A stretch of DNA of 64,000 nucleotides from Mustelus asterias (lineage: Eukaryota), in contig NC_135808.1 in NCBI RefSeq assembly GCF_964213995.1, positions 32,736,001 to 32,800,000 of the forward strand. Reading direction: 5' to 3'. The position numbers and the translations under genes are program-made. Shown piece by piece: positions 1-12,452 of the stretch; position 1 is the first letter of the stretch; the number at the start of each line of letters is the position of its first letter. The notes under the pieces are model-generated. The model saw nothing but the letters and a program-made list of their open reading frames with translations, was not told the origin of the DNA and ran no database searches.

Positions 1-411
1 AGGTTGAGGGAGCTGGGGCTGTTCTCTCTGGAGCGGAGGAGATTGAGGGGAGACTTAATAGAGGTTTATAAAATGATGAAGGGGATAGATCGAGTGAACG
101 TTCAAAGACTATTTCCTCGGGTGGATGGAGCTATTACAAGGGGGCATAACTATAGGGTTCATGGTGGGAGATATAGGAAGGATATCAGAGGTAGGTTCTT
201 CACGCAGAGAGTGGTTGGGGTGTGGAATGGACTGCCTGCAGTGATAGTGGAGTCAGACACTTTAGGAACATTTAAGCGGTTATTGGATAGGCACATGGAG
301 CACACCAGGATGATAGGGAGTGGGATAGCTTGATCTTGGTTTCAGATGAAGGTCGGCACAACATCGTGGGCCGAAGGGCCTGTTCTGTGCTGTACTGTTC
401 TATGTTCTATG
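1..411 (+). mobile_element. CR1 LINE 3' end (RT C-terminus and tail)
   Basis: ORF 4..333 LGLFSLERRRLRGDLIEVYK...FFTQRVVGVWNGLP is the typical CR1 ORF2 C-terminus; it ends in a (tgttcta)n-type tail. Confidence 0.9.
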
Positions 412-758
412 TAAGGGTTCAAGTCCCTTGGTGGGATCCCTTGAGGGTACAGGTAAGGGTTGGGGGTTGGACCCCCTGGATAGGCATTTTTTCAGGGTTC
501 AAGTCCCTGGAAATCCGCGGTCCCGATTTGATTGATTACCTCATTCCAAATTGATTCAGATCTTTTTGCTGTTGTACCCTTTTCTGTCACTGGCGCTGAG
601 CCAGATGATCTTGCGCTGCTCGAATTGTAAGTGTTTTAACCCTTTGTGAGCCTTTTTCATCAGTCTTGAGTGTCTGCCTGTGTGCTGGTTTCTTGTCTGT
701 CTGTGTGTAACCATGTCTCACGCCGGCTGGCAGGATAGAACAGATCCCCTCTTTGATC

Positions 759-1880
759 ATGGGAAATTCATTAGATGAGGTATATGAGCCTCCTTCAAAA
801 GGACCGCGCTGAGGCTTTGGGATGTGTGTTAAGAGTCAAGACGAAGAAAGGTAAGAGAAATGTGGGGTGGTCTGCATGTTTCCAGTGACAAATGGAAATG
901 CAGAAGCGGTTGGATGAGTCCGGGAAAATGGGTATCGAGACTGCTAGAAGGTCTGAGGAGCTAAGGAATTGGAAGGGAGATTTAAAGCCAAGATCTTGGT
1001 TGCGCAGCGTCCTCACAAACAAACATCCTGCTGAGCAGGATGATGAGGAGGAAGATTGGTCGACCCCGTATCCTCCTTTACCGGTCTCACAATCGAGTCC
1101 AGCTGAGGCCACACAAACCCCCCCACCTCCTTATGGGTTGATCCTCCCTGCTGATGTTCCTGACAGTACTATCAGAGGGGATCCCACCCCTCGCAGCTGC
1201 GGGTCCCTCAGGATTCATAGCAGCTGCATCCCCAAGAACCTCCATCTCATCCCAAACCAGATCCCAGGCACCCCCCCCCCCCCCCCGTCTCCCGCACCGA
1301 TGCGACAATTGCCCTCCGTGTTTTTCCCGGACATCGGGAAACACCCTTAGATTTTTTTCTCTGGGCTGTATTTTAATAGTCCGGACTCTAAATGTACATT
1401 GGTACAGAATATATAGCACAGTACAGAAACCTGATAAGGATGTATTATGTAGAGACGTTTCGCTCAGTGTTGATGAATTGTTTGGGTATATCTCAAAACG
1501 CTGGAATGTTAGCGCTTGTAAATATTCTTGTCCCGGGGTTGCATCCTGATCGGAAGAAAATGTTTGCAATGACTTGTGTTGGGTGGGAGGGAAGACAGGA
1601 CCTACCCAAGCTTGTTAGAGCCCTCCAACACTGTAAATGTCAGCTCCAATACCGGAAGCCAAAATTGAGAAGTAAAGTTACAGATAATGTTTTATACGCC
1701 GGCCAGTTGGGGCAGAGGTGGAGGACGCAGGCTGGGGATAAGGCAATCTGCTGGCCGAGGCAGTGACACAAGTGCCTGTTTCACCTGCGGTCTTTCTTGG
1801 ACACTGGTCCCGGGACCGTATCCAGAGACCTTCAGCCGCGCCACCCCTGCCGCCCCTGCCACCTGCACCCCAAACAACTC
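759..1880 (+). pseudogene. gag: ERV gag remnant
   Basis: ATG 759 gives MGNSLD (MG myristoylation-type start). PPPY late domain in ORF 892..1350. Capsid-like LVPGLHPD...CVGWEG in 1392..1766. Frameshifted zinc knuckle CFTCG/LGHWSRD at about 1776-1818. Stops and frameshifts throughout. Confidence 0.7.
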
Positions 1881-3160
1881 CCTATACCATGCACTGGCAT
1901 TTAATTTAGTCATAAATGTCAATATATGTGAGTGCTGCTTCAAATATTGTCGAATTTACTTGGATAATTTGCTATGTAATGTTATTCGTGTGATAGCATT
2001 TGTTGCTTTTTGCTTGTTTTGATTTTCTTGACCTTGTGAAGCTTCAGTTTTGCTGTGTTGTTATCAGTACCCAGGATTATTTTGGAATGTAATTTCCATT
2101 CGCTCGCTGCCAGCGAAGTCTGTCTTTATTTTCGCAACAGTAACTCTGTAGTTTATGAAAATTGTAATTTAATACAGCTGGTAATTTACTTTGCTGGTTA
2201 CTTTAATTCTTGCATTTGATGTGTGTAATTTTATCTTTTTCATGTGTCATGTTTCATTTCATGTGCGAACGAATGTTTATAACTGCTGTTAGAGAAAAGA
2301 CCTTGCTTTAACGATTACAGTAAGAAAAAATCTGCAGTCATTTGGGGGATGGAGTTGCTCAGTAAATTGGCGATTCAGATCCCCATGGGAATCATAACTC
2401 TATCCTAATCTTAAACATCAAACATACAAAAATAAATAATCAAAGTCATAAATTAGTTTTAAAAGTATAAAATCAATTAAATGGAAGACACCAAAATTAA
2501 GAGAATGAAATAAATATCTGGTGTAGATAAATAATAAATACAATGAAATAACACAAGGAACTCCATATTAATGTGATAAGTACAAATGTTTCAGACAGTC
2601 ATTTTTTTTCCTTTTGATGCTCAATATTAAAAGATTGGGAGCAATTTGACTTTTGCCATTTGCCTAAAATGAGCAATTTTGGATTTGCTGCTCATGTTAC
2701 ATCCCTCTCAGAATGTCAGGAGAGAGGTTTAACTGGTGGTGAACTGTGAGCACCCATTTTACACTATCGCCATAAATTAATTTCATTGAATCTTGGGATT
2801 TATTCGGGTACTTGCCACTGTCTTGTTGCTGTTGAAATTATAGACAGTGCCAAATTGTGTCAGAGCAAGTAGATTAAGTTATATCTTTTTAAGTGTTAAA
2901 ATAAGCTACTGCCATTAGCATAATAGACAACCTTTTTGAGATCATCCAGGATCCACAACAAGAGCTGTATGGTGTTAATTGGAACTAACTTCAGTTGCCA
3001 TAATGCTGATTAGTTTGTGTCAAAAGTTCAGAGTGCTACTGTTACAAAGATTCTATCAAATACAGAGAGAGAGAGACAGAGAGAGGGAGAGAGCGCGGCC
3101 AAAGGCTGGCACTGGATTGAACAACTCAAAACATTAGTCTAGATCGAACTAACTATGAAG

Positions 3161-3640
3161 AGGAGATGCCAGCGTTGGACTGGGGTAAACACAATAAGAA
3201 GTCTCACAACACCAGGTTAAAGTCTTATAAATCTGCTGAGCAGAGACTGATAGCCAAGTTCCGCATACATGAGGATGGCCTCAACCGGGATCTTGGGTTC
3301 ATGTCACACGATCTATAACCCCCATGACTTGCCTGGGCTTGCAAAATCTCACTAACTGCCCTGGCTGGAGACAATACACATTTCTTTAACCTGTGATTAA
3401 CACTCTCTCCACTCACATTGTCTGTACCTTTAAGACTCGCATTCCAACCATTATTTTGTAAATTGAGTTTGTGTCTTTATATGCCCTGTTTGTGAACAGA
3501 ACTCCCACTTACCTGATGAAGCAGCAGCGCTCCAAAAGCGAGTGGTTTGTGCTACCAAATAAACCAGTTGGACTTTAACCTGGTGTTGTGAGACTTCTTA
3601 CTGCGTTTACCCCAGTCCAACGCCGGCATCTCCACATCAT
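3161..3640 (+). mobile_element. Penelope-like element fragment: GIY-YIG C-terminus and pseudo-LTR, with an inverted 5' pLTR piece
   Basis: AEQRLIAKFRIHEDGLNRDLGFMSH; 3161-3224 is the reverse complement of the element's own 3' end; degenerate hammerhead core ctgatga at 3513. Confidence 0.8.
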
Positions 3641-3650
3641 GGCACATCAT

Positions 3651-4830
3651 GAACAAAAGAACAAAGAACAAAGAACAGTACAGCACAGGAAACAGGCCCT
3701 TCGGCCCTCCAAGCCTGTGCCGCTCCTTGATCCAACTAGACCAATCATTTGTATCCCTCCATTCCCAGGCTGCTCATGTGACTATCCAGGTAAGTCTTAA
3801 ACGATGTCAGCGTGCCTGCCTCCACCACCCTACTTGGCAGCGCATTCCAGGCCCCCACCACCCTCTGTGTAAAAAACATCCCTCTAATATCTGAGTTATA
3901 CTTCGCCCCTCTCACCTTGAGCCCGTGACCCCTCGTGAACGTCACTTCTGATCTGGGAAAAAGCTTCCCACCGTTCACCCTATCTATCCCCTTCATAATC
4001 TTGTACACCTCTATTAGATCTCCCCTCATTCTCCGTCTTTCCAGGGAGAACAACCCCAGTTTACCCAATCTCTCCTCATAGCTAAGACCCTCCATACCTG
4101 GTCAACCTTCTCGGCACTCTCTCTAACGCCTCCATGTCCTTCTGGTAGTGCGGCGACCAGAACTGGACGCAGTACTCCAAATGTGGCCTAACCAGCGTTC
4201 TATACAGCTGCATCATCAGACTCCAGCTTTTATACTCTATACCCCGTCCTATAAAGGCAAGCATACCATATGCCTTCTTCACCACCTTCTCCACCTGTGT
4301 TGCCACCTTCAAGGATTTGTGGACTTGCACACCTAGGTCCCTCTGTGTTTCTATACTCCTGATGACTCTGCCATTTATTGTATAACTCCTCCCTACATTA
4401 TTTCTTCCAAAATGCATCACTTCACATTCATCCGGATTAAACTCCCATCTGCCACTTCTCCGCCCAATTTTCCAGCCTATCTACATCCTGCTGTATTGCC
4501 CAACAATGCTCTTCGCTATCCGCAAGTCCAGCCATCTTCGTGTCATCCGCAAACTTGCTGATTACACCAGTTACACCTTCTTCCAAATCATTTATATATA
4601 TCACAAATAGCAGAGGTCCCAGTACAGAGCCCTGCAGAACACCACTGGTCACAGACCTCCAGCCGGAAAAAGACCCTTCGACCACTACCCTCTGTCTCCT
4701 ATGGCCAAGCCAGTTCTCCACCCATCTAGCCACTCCTCCTTGTATCCCATGAGCCTTAACCTTCTTAACCAGCCTGCCATGTGGGACTTTGTCAAATGCC
4801 TTACTGAAATCCATATGGACGACATCCATA
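3651..4830 (-). mobile_element. CR1 LINE, 5'-truncated, with an internal deletion/frameshift
   Basis: DFSKAFDKVPH, QGSVLGP, KFADDTK, LVRPHLEYC, LFSLERRR; (gttcttt)n tail. Confidence 0.92.
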
Positions 4831-5289
4831 TAGATGACATGCGCAGCACGTTTATAAGACTCAAACTAACTAAACATTGATCTGTGTCGACAATAACTGA
4901 ATACATATTGTTGAAAGTTGTGCGCAGGCACAACTTGCTTCGGTGGCCATGAGCAAGCTTGTTTACCTTACATTGTACTTCCAAACAATGCAGCTAAATT
5001 CCTAGGCTGGACCCAGAATTCCAGGCTGATGTGACCAAATTAGCTTGAGTTAGCTTTAGGCATCGCACAATTAGTTACATTAGGCAGAAATGCCTTGAAA
5101 TGAAGCCTTTTAACTGGGCAAATCACACAGAGGATCCCACAATCCCTCCTTGATTCAGAGGCCACTGTAGCCTCTGTACCTGTATTAGTGCTACTAAACT
5201 ATGATTTAATCTTTCATGTCCACAAGTAAAATGGATTCTCCCAGGCTGTACCCACCCAATCTCACAGGGTGGGATCCTACTATAACACT

Positions 5290-6286
5290 CCTGTCCTGGC
5301 TTGCCCGCGTGTTACATGAGTTTACCCATGCAGGAAAAGGGGGGATAGTAGTGCAGCAGTCGTGGTTCGCACCAGGATTTTCCACTTGGCAGGAAAAGTT
5401 GCTGCTCGATGCCCACTCTGATATAACAATAACCCTGGAAAGGTGCCACCAGTGGCTGCAGCAGCAGGCCCACAACCATGGGGCCCTTTTGTGAATATGT
5501 TCCTCGATTCAGGATTCCCGAGACACTATCTAATGACAATGTCCTGAAGCCCTACCCCTGACCCTCATGGTCATGTGCTCTGATCTCAATCGTACCATCT
5601 CTTTGACACCTTATGAGATTGTAATGGAACGTCCCATGCACTCACCTATCTCCCCACCCCTCACTATTAAACAAATGAATATCCACTCCATAGTCAAAGG
5701 AATGATGGACTATTGCATAGCTCTAACCAACTCCCTTAAAGGTTTGCATTCCCAGGTCGTCGAAGCTCAGAAGCAAGTCACCACTGAAGGCTGCCATACA
5801 AAGAACAAAGAACAAAGAACAATACAGCACAGGAACAGGCCCTTCGGCCCTCCAAGCCCGCGCCGCTCCCCAGTCCAGGATTGAATCCTGAATCCAGGAT
5901 CCCCGCCCAATTTTCCAGCCTATCTACATACCAATATCCTATCCACCGAGCTGTCCCTCACAGCTACGATGCTTTGTTCATTACAACCTATTAACTCACC
6001 CCCACCCCCCCATTCCAGACCATGTGATCTCCAGGGAGAGGCGAAAACCCAGAGTGAAAAACCCCAGGGCCAATATGGGGAAAAAAAAAATACCTGCCAA
6101 CCAGGAGACTTAGTCTTTGTTAAGACCTTCTGGAGAAAGCATTGCCTGCAACCTCAGTGGGAGGGACCTTACCACGTCCTGCTGACAACTCACACAGCCG
6201 TGAAGGTGGAAGGGAAACCTTTGTGGATACACGTGACTCACAGCAAGTGGGCACCCTCAGAAGAAGATATTGAAACAAGGACTTGA
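5290..6286 (+). pseudogene. pol: ERV integrase remnant, split by the insertion at 5800-6089
   Basis: HEFTHAGK (HH of the zinc domain), LTPYEIVMERPM, and QPGDLVFVK...WEGPYHVLLTTHTAVKVEGKPLWIHVTHSK, the classic gamma/epsilon IN C-terminus. Confidence 0.85.
5800..6089 (-). mobile_element. Short non-coding retroposon with a CR1 3' tail (SINE-like)
   Basis: Splits integrase EGCH|TCQPGD with a short tac duplication; CR1-type (gttcttt)n tail; its 3' ~145 nt recur at 30934-31079. Confidence 0.7.
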
Positions 6287-6297
6287 TACTGTTTGAA

Positions 6298-7809
6298 ATG
6301 TGAATTTTTTATTGTCATTGATTGTACTGCCCTTTGCAGAGGCGTGGATTAGCAATTCCGCGATTCGAAGAATGCAGGCTATCGCTTCACAGGCACTCAG
6401 ACCCAATGTTGGATCTGTACTCACCTCCCTGCCACCCCGCCTCATCAGAAATGCATTTTTGAGCTCCCCCTTCAAATCTTGAGTGATCTGTGGAAGCCAC
6501 AGTGATCCTCCTCCAACGGGCACCTACCTGGAGGCAACAGCCTCCCCCTGTGGCGATTAATACACCGGCACGTCTGTGTGTTTGGAGGAATTATACCTGT
6601 GGGGACATTTGGATGGGTGATCTTCCATTGAGCTCCTGTACTTACCTTGCTGATTATGACGACCAGGAAGCCCAGTTTCGCTTCCACAATCTGTCTGGTC
6701 CCATGACATCCTTTTGTGATTGCATGACTAACAATCCACATGCATCGCTCAGGCCCCCACATCCGAGGCCAAACTCCACGGGTGAGTGTGATTCCCAGCG
6801 GTCATACAACCTCACCCTCAATGGTCTCGTTACCGTCTGGCCTTCTGACGGCATCTATCCCAAGGGATCAGGGCCTTGTAAACATGGGGATCAGTCCAGG
6901 TGTGCAGGTCAAGTAGTCCTTAGGGCTCTACGTCTCAATCTGACTTGTCACATCTGTTGATATGCCCAGGAGAAATCTCCCCATACCCAGTATTGGCTCA
7001 CCTTTTGCCAAAACTCTACATTCTAGTACCCGACCCTCGTTCGCAATGGCTCATTCTGGCTTTGTGGGGGTGGAGCCTACAAGACCCTCCCCATCGATTG
7101 GGCCAGCACCTGCACCATAGGTCACATGAACCCCGAGGCCTTTGGGGTCAAGCACCTATCCATCCACTCCCTCTACAACCACCTAGGATTCATGAGGCGT
7201 TCAGGAACGGTCAGTTCCAAACCCGCGAGCCACCCGTAACACCGGCTTCCACCAGTTTGTCCGAGCCCTCCTCCCAGGTCTCAGAATTAGAAAAGACCAT
7301 TACTAATATTTTCACGACCATGGAAATAATTGAAAACAGAACTGTAGATGCCATTCAGGGCCTGCAGTTGGAGATTCGGTCCCTTTCTAAAGTGGTGTTT
7401 CAGAATCACAAGCCCCCTTGATCTCTTGCAAGCGGCACAATGGGGAATGTGTGCAGCTGTCAATGAGACATGCTGCTTCTAGGATTGAGATTGATGTGCA
7501 TACTATACTCCTGCACTTAATTGCTCAGGAAAAGCCCTTTGACTGGTGGGGTTGGTTCCCTAACATTGTTGGCGGTTTGGAGGCTTTCTCAAGACTCTTC
7601 TCAAAGGCCTTGTTATGGGCCTGGCCCTTCTCATTGTCCTGTATGTAGTTATCCAACGTGTCTCTTGCTACATCCATTCTATTTGCCGCCCTTGTGGTCC
7701 TATCCACAGCCCAGTTCCCCGTCTCCTCCCGGCCGATGAATCAGCCGAAGAAGAATTTAGAAAACTAATGTGTATAGAGTTCGTGGAGGGCCCAAAAGGT
7801 TGTCCTTAA
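6298..7809 (+). pseudogene. env: ERV env remnant (gamma-type SU/TM)
   Basis: Signal-like NFLLSLIVLPFAEAW; CWIC at 6407-6418; fusion-peptide-like GFHQFVRALLPG; heptad ELEKTITNI...LSKVVFQNH; ISU-like LDLLQAAQWGMC; CX6CC (CAAVNETCC) at 7450-7476; TM GLALLIVLYVVI. Several frameshifts and stops. Confidence 0.88.
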
Positions 7810-7829
7810 AAGGACAAAAATGGGGAAAG

Positions 7830-8402
7830 TGTGGAAGTTAGGTTGCAACAATTGTGAAAATTAAAGTTCCATAATTGTCAAAAAAAAAATCTGTCAAGTA
7901 ATGGGAAATGATTATTAGCCAAACACAGCCTTCAGTCAGGCCTTCAGTGAGGCCAACACTGACGTACGCAGGATAAGCGAGTATATCTAAAACCTTGTCC
8001 CATTAACACTGCATTCCAGGTCAGGACAGCAGGATGAAAACAAAGAACAAGTTACCATGACGATTACCAAATAGCAAGATATGGGGACATATTATGCCCA
8101 CGAAGGATTGGTTTTCTATTGGATAAGAAAGAGCAAAAGGGCTATGCTGTGATTGGTGGATATGTATGTCAATGAAAGATGTGAAAAATCTCTTGTTCCT
8201 GATTGGCTGTAATTGACTATAACTGCTGAGTTGTTTCTCTGTAACCGCAGAACCGCTCCGGACATCCAGTGTTGGCCGTAGAGAGTTCTCCTTGTGCACA
8301 AGTAATTAAAGACCTTGCATTGGATGCATGGTGTCCAGCGCTGTTTGTGTTCAGAGTTGACTGAGTGCCTTTAGATTGCTGTTACTGAAGAGAACGCTAA
8401 CA
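7830..8402 (+). repeat. ERV 3' LTR (TG...CA, about 573 bp)
   Basis: Follows purine tract aaaaggacaaaaatggggaaag; starts tgtggaagtta and ends gctaaca; attgg (CCAAT) boxes and attaaa at about 8305. No second copy in the window to confirm the ends. Confidence 0.7.
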
Positions 8403-8489
8403 TATGCACTGCTCAACAATGGACCGGGTGGCTGGATGGGCCTCATTATAACGGGTTTCTGCCTCCATCTCGGGCCTCCGCACTCGCGT

Positions 8490-9450
8490 CATCAGCCATG
8501 ACTCAGCAGGTAGCCCTTGTCCCCCACAAGCCATTCCGGCAACCTGGGCTGGTCTTCAAATAGCCCAGGGATGTCCGAATACCTAGCCCAGGGATGTCCG
8601 AATACCTCAGGACATAGCTGTCATGGACACTCCCTGGGTGCTGTGCACACACCTGTATGATGATCAGTCTGTGGTCACTGACTATCTGGACATCGAGGGA
8701 GTGGAAGTCCTTCCTGTTGATAAATTGTTGTCCCTCACCTCGCGGAGTCCACAGGCTGATGTACGTCCCATCCACTGCCCCCTGCAGAGGGGCCATGCCA
8801 GCTATGGTGACAAAGCCTGCAGCTGGCCCTCCTGCTGCGCCCACCCAACAACAAAGTGGATGTACTGGCCTGCCCGATTGTACAAGGCATCCATAACCTG
8901 CTGCACACACCTGTGCACAGAGGCCTGTGATATGCCACAGGTGCATAGAATGATCCAGTGGTGTAGAAATTCAGGGCCATCGTCACCTTCACGTCCACTG
9001 GGAGCAGGTGCCCTCCCCTCCCCTGAGGTGCCAGGTCTCTGAGGACCCAACACAGGTGCCGCACTGTCTCCTTGCGCAGGCGGAGCCGACACATGGCCTC
9101 AGACAGGCCCTGAAAGGACCTCCTTGTTCTGTACACTCTCCGTCTCCGCATCCTGCTTCCCCTGGCTCCCTTGTAAGAGACTGCACTGCCACTTCCTGGG
9201 CCTCACTGGAAGCCCCCTGCCCTCTGTCCCCAGATTCTGCCACTGGCTGGCCTTGCAGAGGCCGTACAACTTCCTCCACCTCCTCCTCAGCCTCCTCCTC
9301 CTCAGCCTCCTCCACCTCCTCCTCCAGTCTTCAGCCTCCACCTCAACCTCCTCCTCAGCCTCCTCCTTCTTGTCAGCTTCCTGCTCCTCCACCTCTTCAG
9401 CCTCCACCTCCTCAGCAGCTGCCATCATGATGGCAGCTCCATGCCTAACA
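8490..9450 (-). mobile_element. PIF/Harbinger transposase remnant
   Basis: GAVDGTYI...FINRKDFHSLDVQIVSDH...HPGSVHDSYVL (HARBI1-type DDE); frameshifted; Glu-rich repeat at the N-terminus; 23-bp tandem duplication at about 8560-8606. Confidence 0.85.
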
Positions 9451-11369
9451 GTCCAAAATCCATCTGCACGATGGGGGTTACAGAGTGAGAGAGAGAGGGA
9501 GAGAGATACATGTCTTTGCTTTTTATTATCCCGGGATGCCAAGTCCCTCACTGGAGCCAGTGCTCCCACTTGTGGATGCTGGCAACACAACACAATCTGT
9601 GGTGCCATGCGTCACCTGATTAGGTTACCAGCCATTGGCACCGTTAACACGGCGGGCAGGCAGAGCAGACAGGGGTTGGTGAGTGGGTGTGGCCATTGCG
9701 CTCACTGGAGCCATTGCCATGAGTGCTGAGGAAAGGCTGACTGCAGTTGTCAGGGAGGCTGGAGAGCAGCTGGGGGGGCTGATAGATTTGGATATTGAGA
9801 GGGAGAAAAATCCCTCTCCCTCCCCCAGGAAATGCCAGAAAAGAACAGTGTGGATGGAGAGAGAAACAAGGGAGATTTTATTACAGCAGCAAGTAGACAT
9901 TGCAAAACTTTATGAGAGTTATTACTGAACAATGTCAACCTCAGCAAATTGGTCTGAAACATTTCATAACATTTGTGGTAATGAGCTATTTTTCTACTTT
10001 GTAAACTGTTGTCATCTTAAAATGGTTCCTGTGAATAAAATGATTTGATTTGTTTAGAATGACTCTGAGCTCAAACATAAATACAACAACAAACTCAAAC
10101 AGAACACAAACAATTTCTAATTTCGAAATAGAATTCTCATTAAATAAGAGATCACAAACATTTCCTCCAAATGAAACATCTAAAATCCCCCTCTCTGTGC
10201 CTGAGAGTTTCTGTCACAAAGTCGGGGGGAGGGGAGATAAAGACATTTACTCTGCAGGAGCTGCCATCCTAATGCCCCCTACATCTTCCCTGTACCCACG
10301 TCCTGCCCCCTCTAGTGCCAGACACATGCCCAGCAGCTGGTAACTGGTCACTTGGATGCTGTTAACCAGAAGCTGCATCCATGTGAGATCCAGCTGCTGT
10401 CCCATGGGCCTGCACTGTTTCTGTACTTGGAGCTGGCAGGAGTGTTTCTATTGGGGTTATTTGTGTTGCTGCCATCCCAGCTCTATATAACTCATGTCTT
10501 TGTATTGGCCTCTGGTTATGGGATCTTGCAGCATCCTCCATGTGGCTATAAGGATTGGGACAGGTCTGCTTTGTACCAGTTAATGTATCAGTAATGCTGT
10601 TTGTACAAAGGGACAGCTGCTGAGAAACACTTGTCTTCAACTCCCTCACCTCCTGCTCCACTCCAGAGACAAGGAGTTTGTCGCGTTGAGACACCAGTAC
10701 ATTCCTCAGTTCTGTAATGAACACCTCTCCCAGCAGAGTCAGCAGGGGGCTGCTGTGATCCACCTGAAGATCATGGAGCAAGTACTTGAACTGTTGGAGG
10801 TTCCTCACCAGCCGACGGTTTTATGAAACACACCCTCGCAGTCACCCACACCATCATCTTCATGGCTGTCCTAATGCCTCGCTCAGATCAAGAGGGGCTT
10901 GGAGATGGAGAGCTGGTGATCTGAATATTGTCCCAGGCTCAGGACACTCCCCACATTAACACCCTGAAGGGGCAAGGTAGGGGCAGGAGTGACAGTGTCA
11001 GTTCAGCTGCCTCCCAGCCAAATTGCTGAGCCTCCTGTTGGTCTGGATGTCACTCCCCCTCCAGCTCAGTGTCTCACTTCCCTCTGTGAGCCGGGGCTCA
11101 GTGTCTTCTCCGCGTCTCCTTTCCATCCCCTGGGCTGCTGTCCCTGAGTTGCCACCACCCCCAGCCGCTGTGTCCAAAGACAGCAGGTTGGCGGAAGAAC
11201 ACATTGACACAGGATTCCTCTTCATTTCTCACATCACACAAGCTGCTGTGCTCAGAGCAGCTTTAAACATTCAGCTGGCGACTCTCACCTTTCCTCACTC
11301 CAATATCTGCTTGCTCAGCATTCCGTGAATTATTCCTGATTCCCAGCAGCTGTCTGACCCTCTCTCCAT

Positions 11370-12452
11370 TGTAAGAAGTCTCACAACACCAGGTTAAAGT
11401 CCAACAGGTTTATTTGGCAGTACAAGCTTTCGAACACTGCCCCTTCATCAGGTGTGAGGACTTGTGTTCACAAACAGGGCATATACAGACACAAACTCAA
11501 TTTACAAGATAATGGTTGGAATGCAAGCCTTTAGAGGTAATCAAGTCTTAAAGGTACAGACATTGTGAGTGGAGAGAGGGCCAAGCACAGGTTAAAGAGG
11601 TGTGTATTGTCTCCAGCCAGGACAGTTAGTGAGATTTTGCAAGCCCAGGCAAGTCGTGGGGGTTACAGGTAGTGTGACATGAACCCAAGATCCTGGTTGA
11701 CCACACAACCCTGCCACAGCAACCTCTGCAAGACGTGCCGGATCATCGACATGGATGCCATCATCTCACATGAGAACAACATCCACCAGTACACAGTACA
11801 TACTCTTGCGACTTGGCCAACATTGTCTACTTGATACGCTGCAGGAAAGGATGTCCCGAGGCATGGTACATTGGGGAGACCATGCAGACATTATGACAAT
11901 GGATGAACGAACACCGCTCGATAATCACCAGGCAGGAGTGTTCCTTTCCAGTCGGGGAACGCTTCAGCAGTCACGGGCATTCAGCCTCTGATCTTCGGGT
12001 AAGCATTCTCCAAGGCGGCCTTCACGACAACGCAGAATCGCTGAGCAGAAACTGATAGCCAAGTTCCGCACACGAGGACGGCCTCTACCGGGATCTTGAG
12101 CTCATGTCACACAATCTGTAACCCCCATGACTTGCCTGGGCTTGAAAATCTCACTAACTATCCTGGCTGGAGACAATACACACTTCCTAAACTAGTGCTT
12201 GGCCCACTCTCCACTCACATTGCCTGTATCTTTAAGACTTGATGACCTGTAAAGATTCACATTCCAACCATTATCTTGTATATTGAGTTTGTATCTATAT
12301 ATGCCCTGTTTGTGAACACAATTCCCACTCACCTGATGAAGGGGCAGTGCTCCGAACGCTTGTGCTGCCAACTAAACCTGTTGGACTTTAACCTGGTGTT
12401 GTGAGACTTCTTACTGTGCTTATCCCAGTCCAACGCCGTCATCTCCACATCA
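11370..12452 (+). mobile_element. Penelope-like element with inverted pseudo-LTRs
   Basis: GIY-YIG endonuclease NIVYLIRCRKGCPEAWYIGETMQTL...EHR; 11371-11700 is an inverted copy of the 3' end; TSD-like tgac(c)ctctctccat at 11355-11369 and 12453-12466. Confidence 0.9.
11421..11456 (-). ncRNA. Minimal type I hammerhead ribozyme motif in a Penelope pLTR
   Basis: Minus strand reads cac-CUGAUGA-aggggcaguguuc-GAAA-gcuu-gua; both core boxes intact; palindromic AAGCUU in place of stem III. Confidence 0.6.

Larger units (their letters stand above)
412..8402 (+). mobile_element. Degraded class I (gamma/epsilon-like) endogenous retrovirus; 5' LTR not in window; interrupted by Penelope, CR1 and a CR1-tailed insert
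   Basis: Collinear leader, gag, integrase, env, PPT and LTR remnants; see the sub-features. Confidence 0.85.

Noticed and set aside
9008-9729. Ser-, Glu- and Leu-rich overlapping ORFs
   Set aside because: Trinucleotide-like low-complexity tract at the 5' end of a Harbinger transposase.
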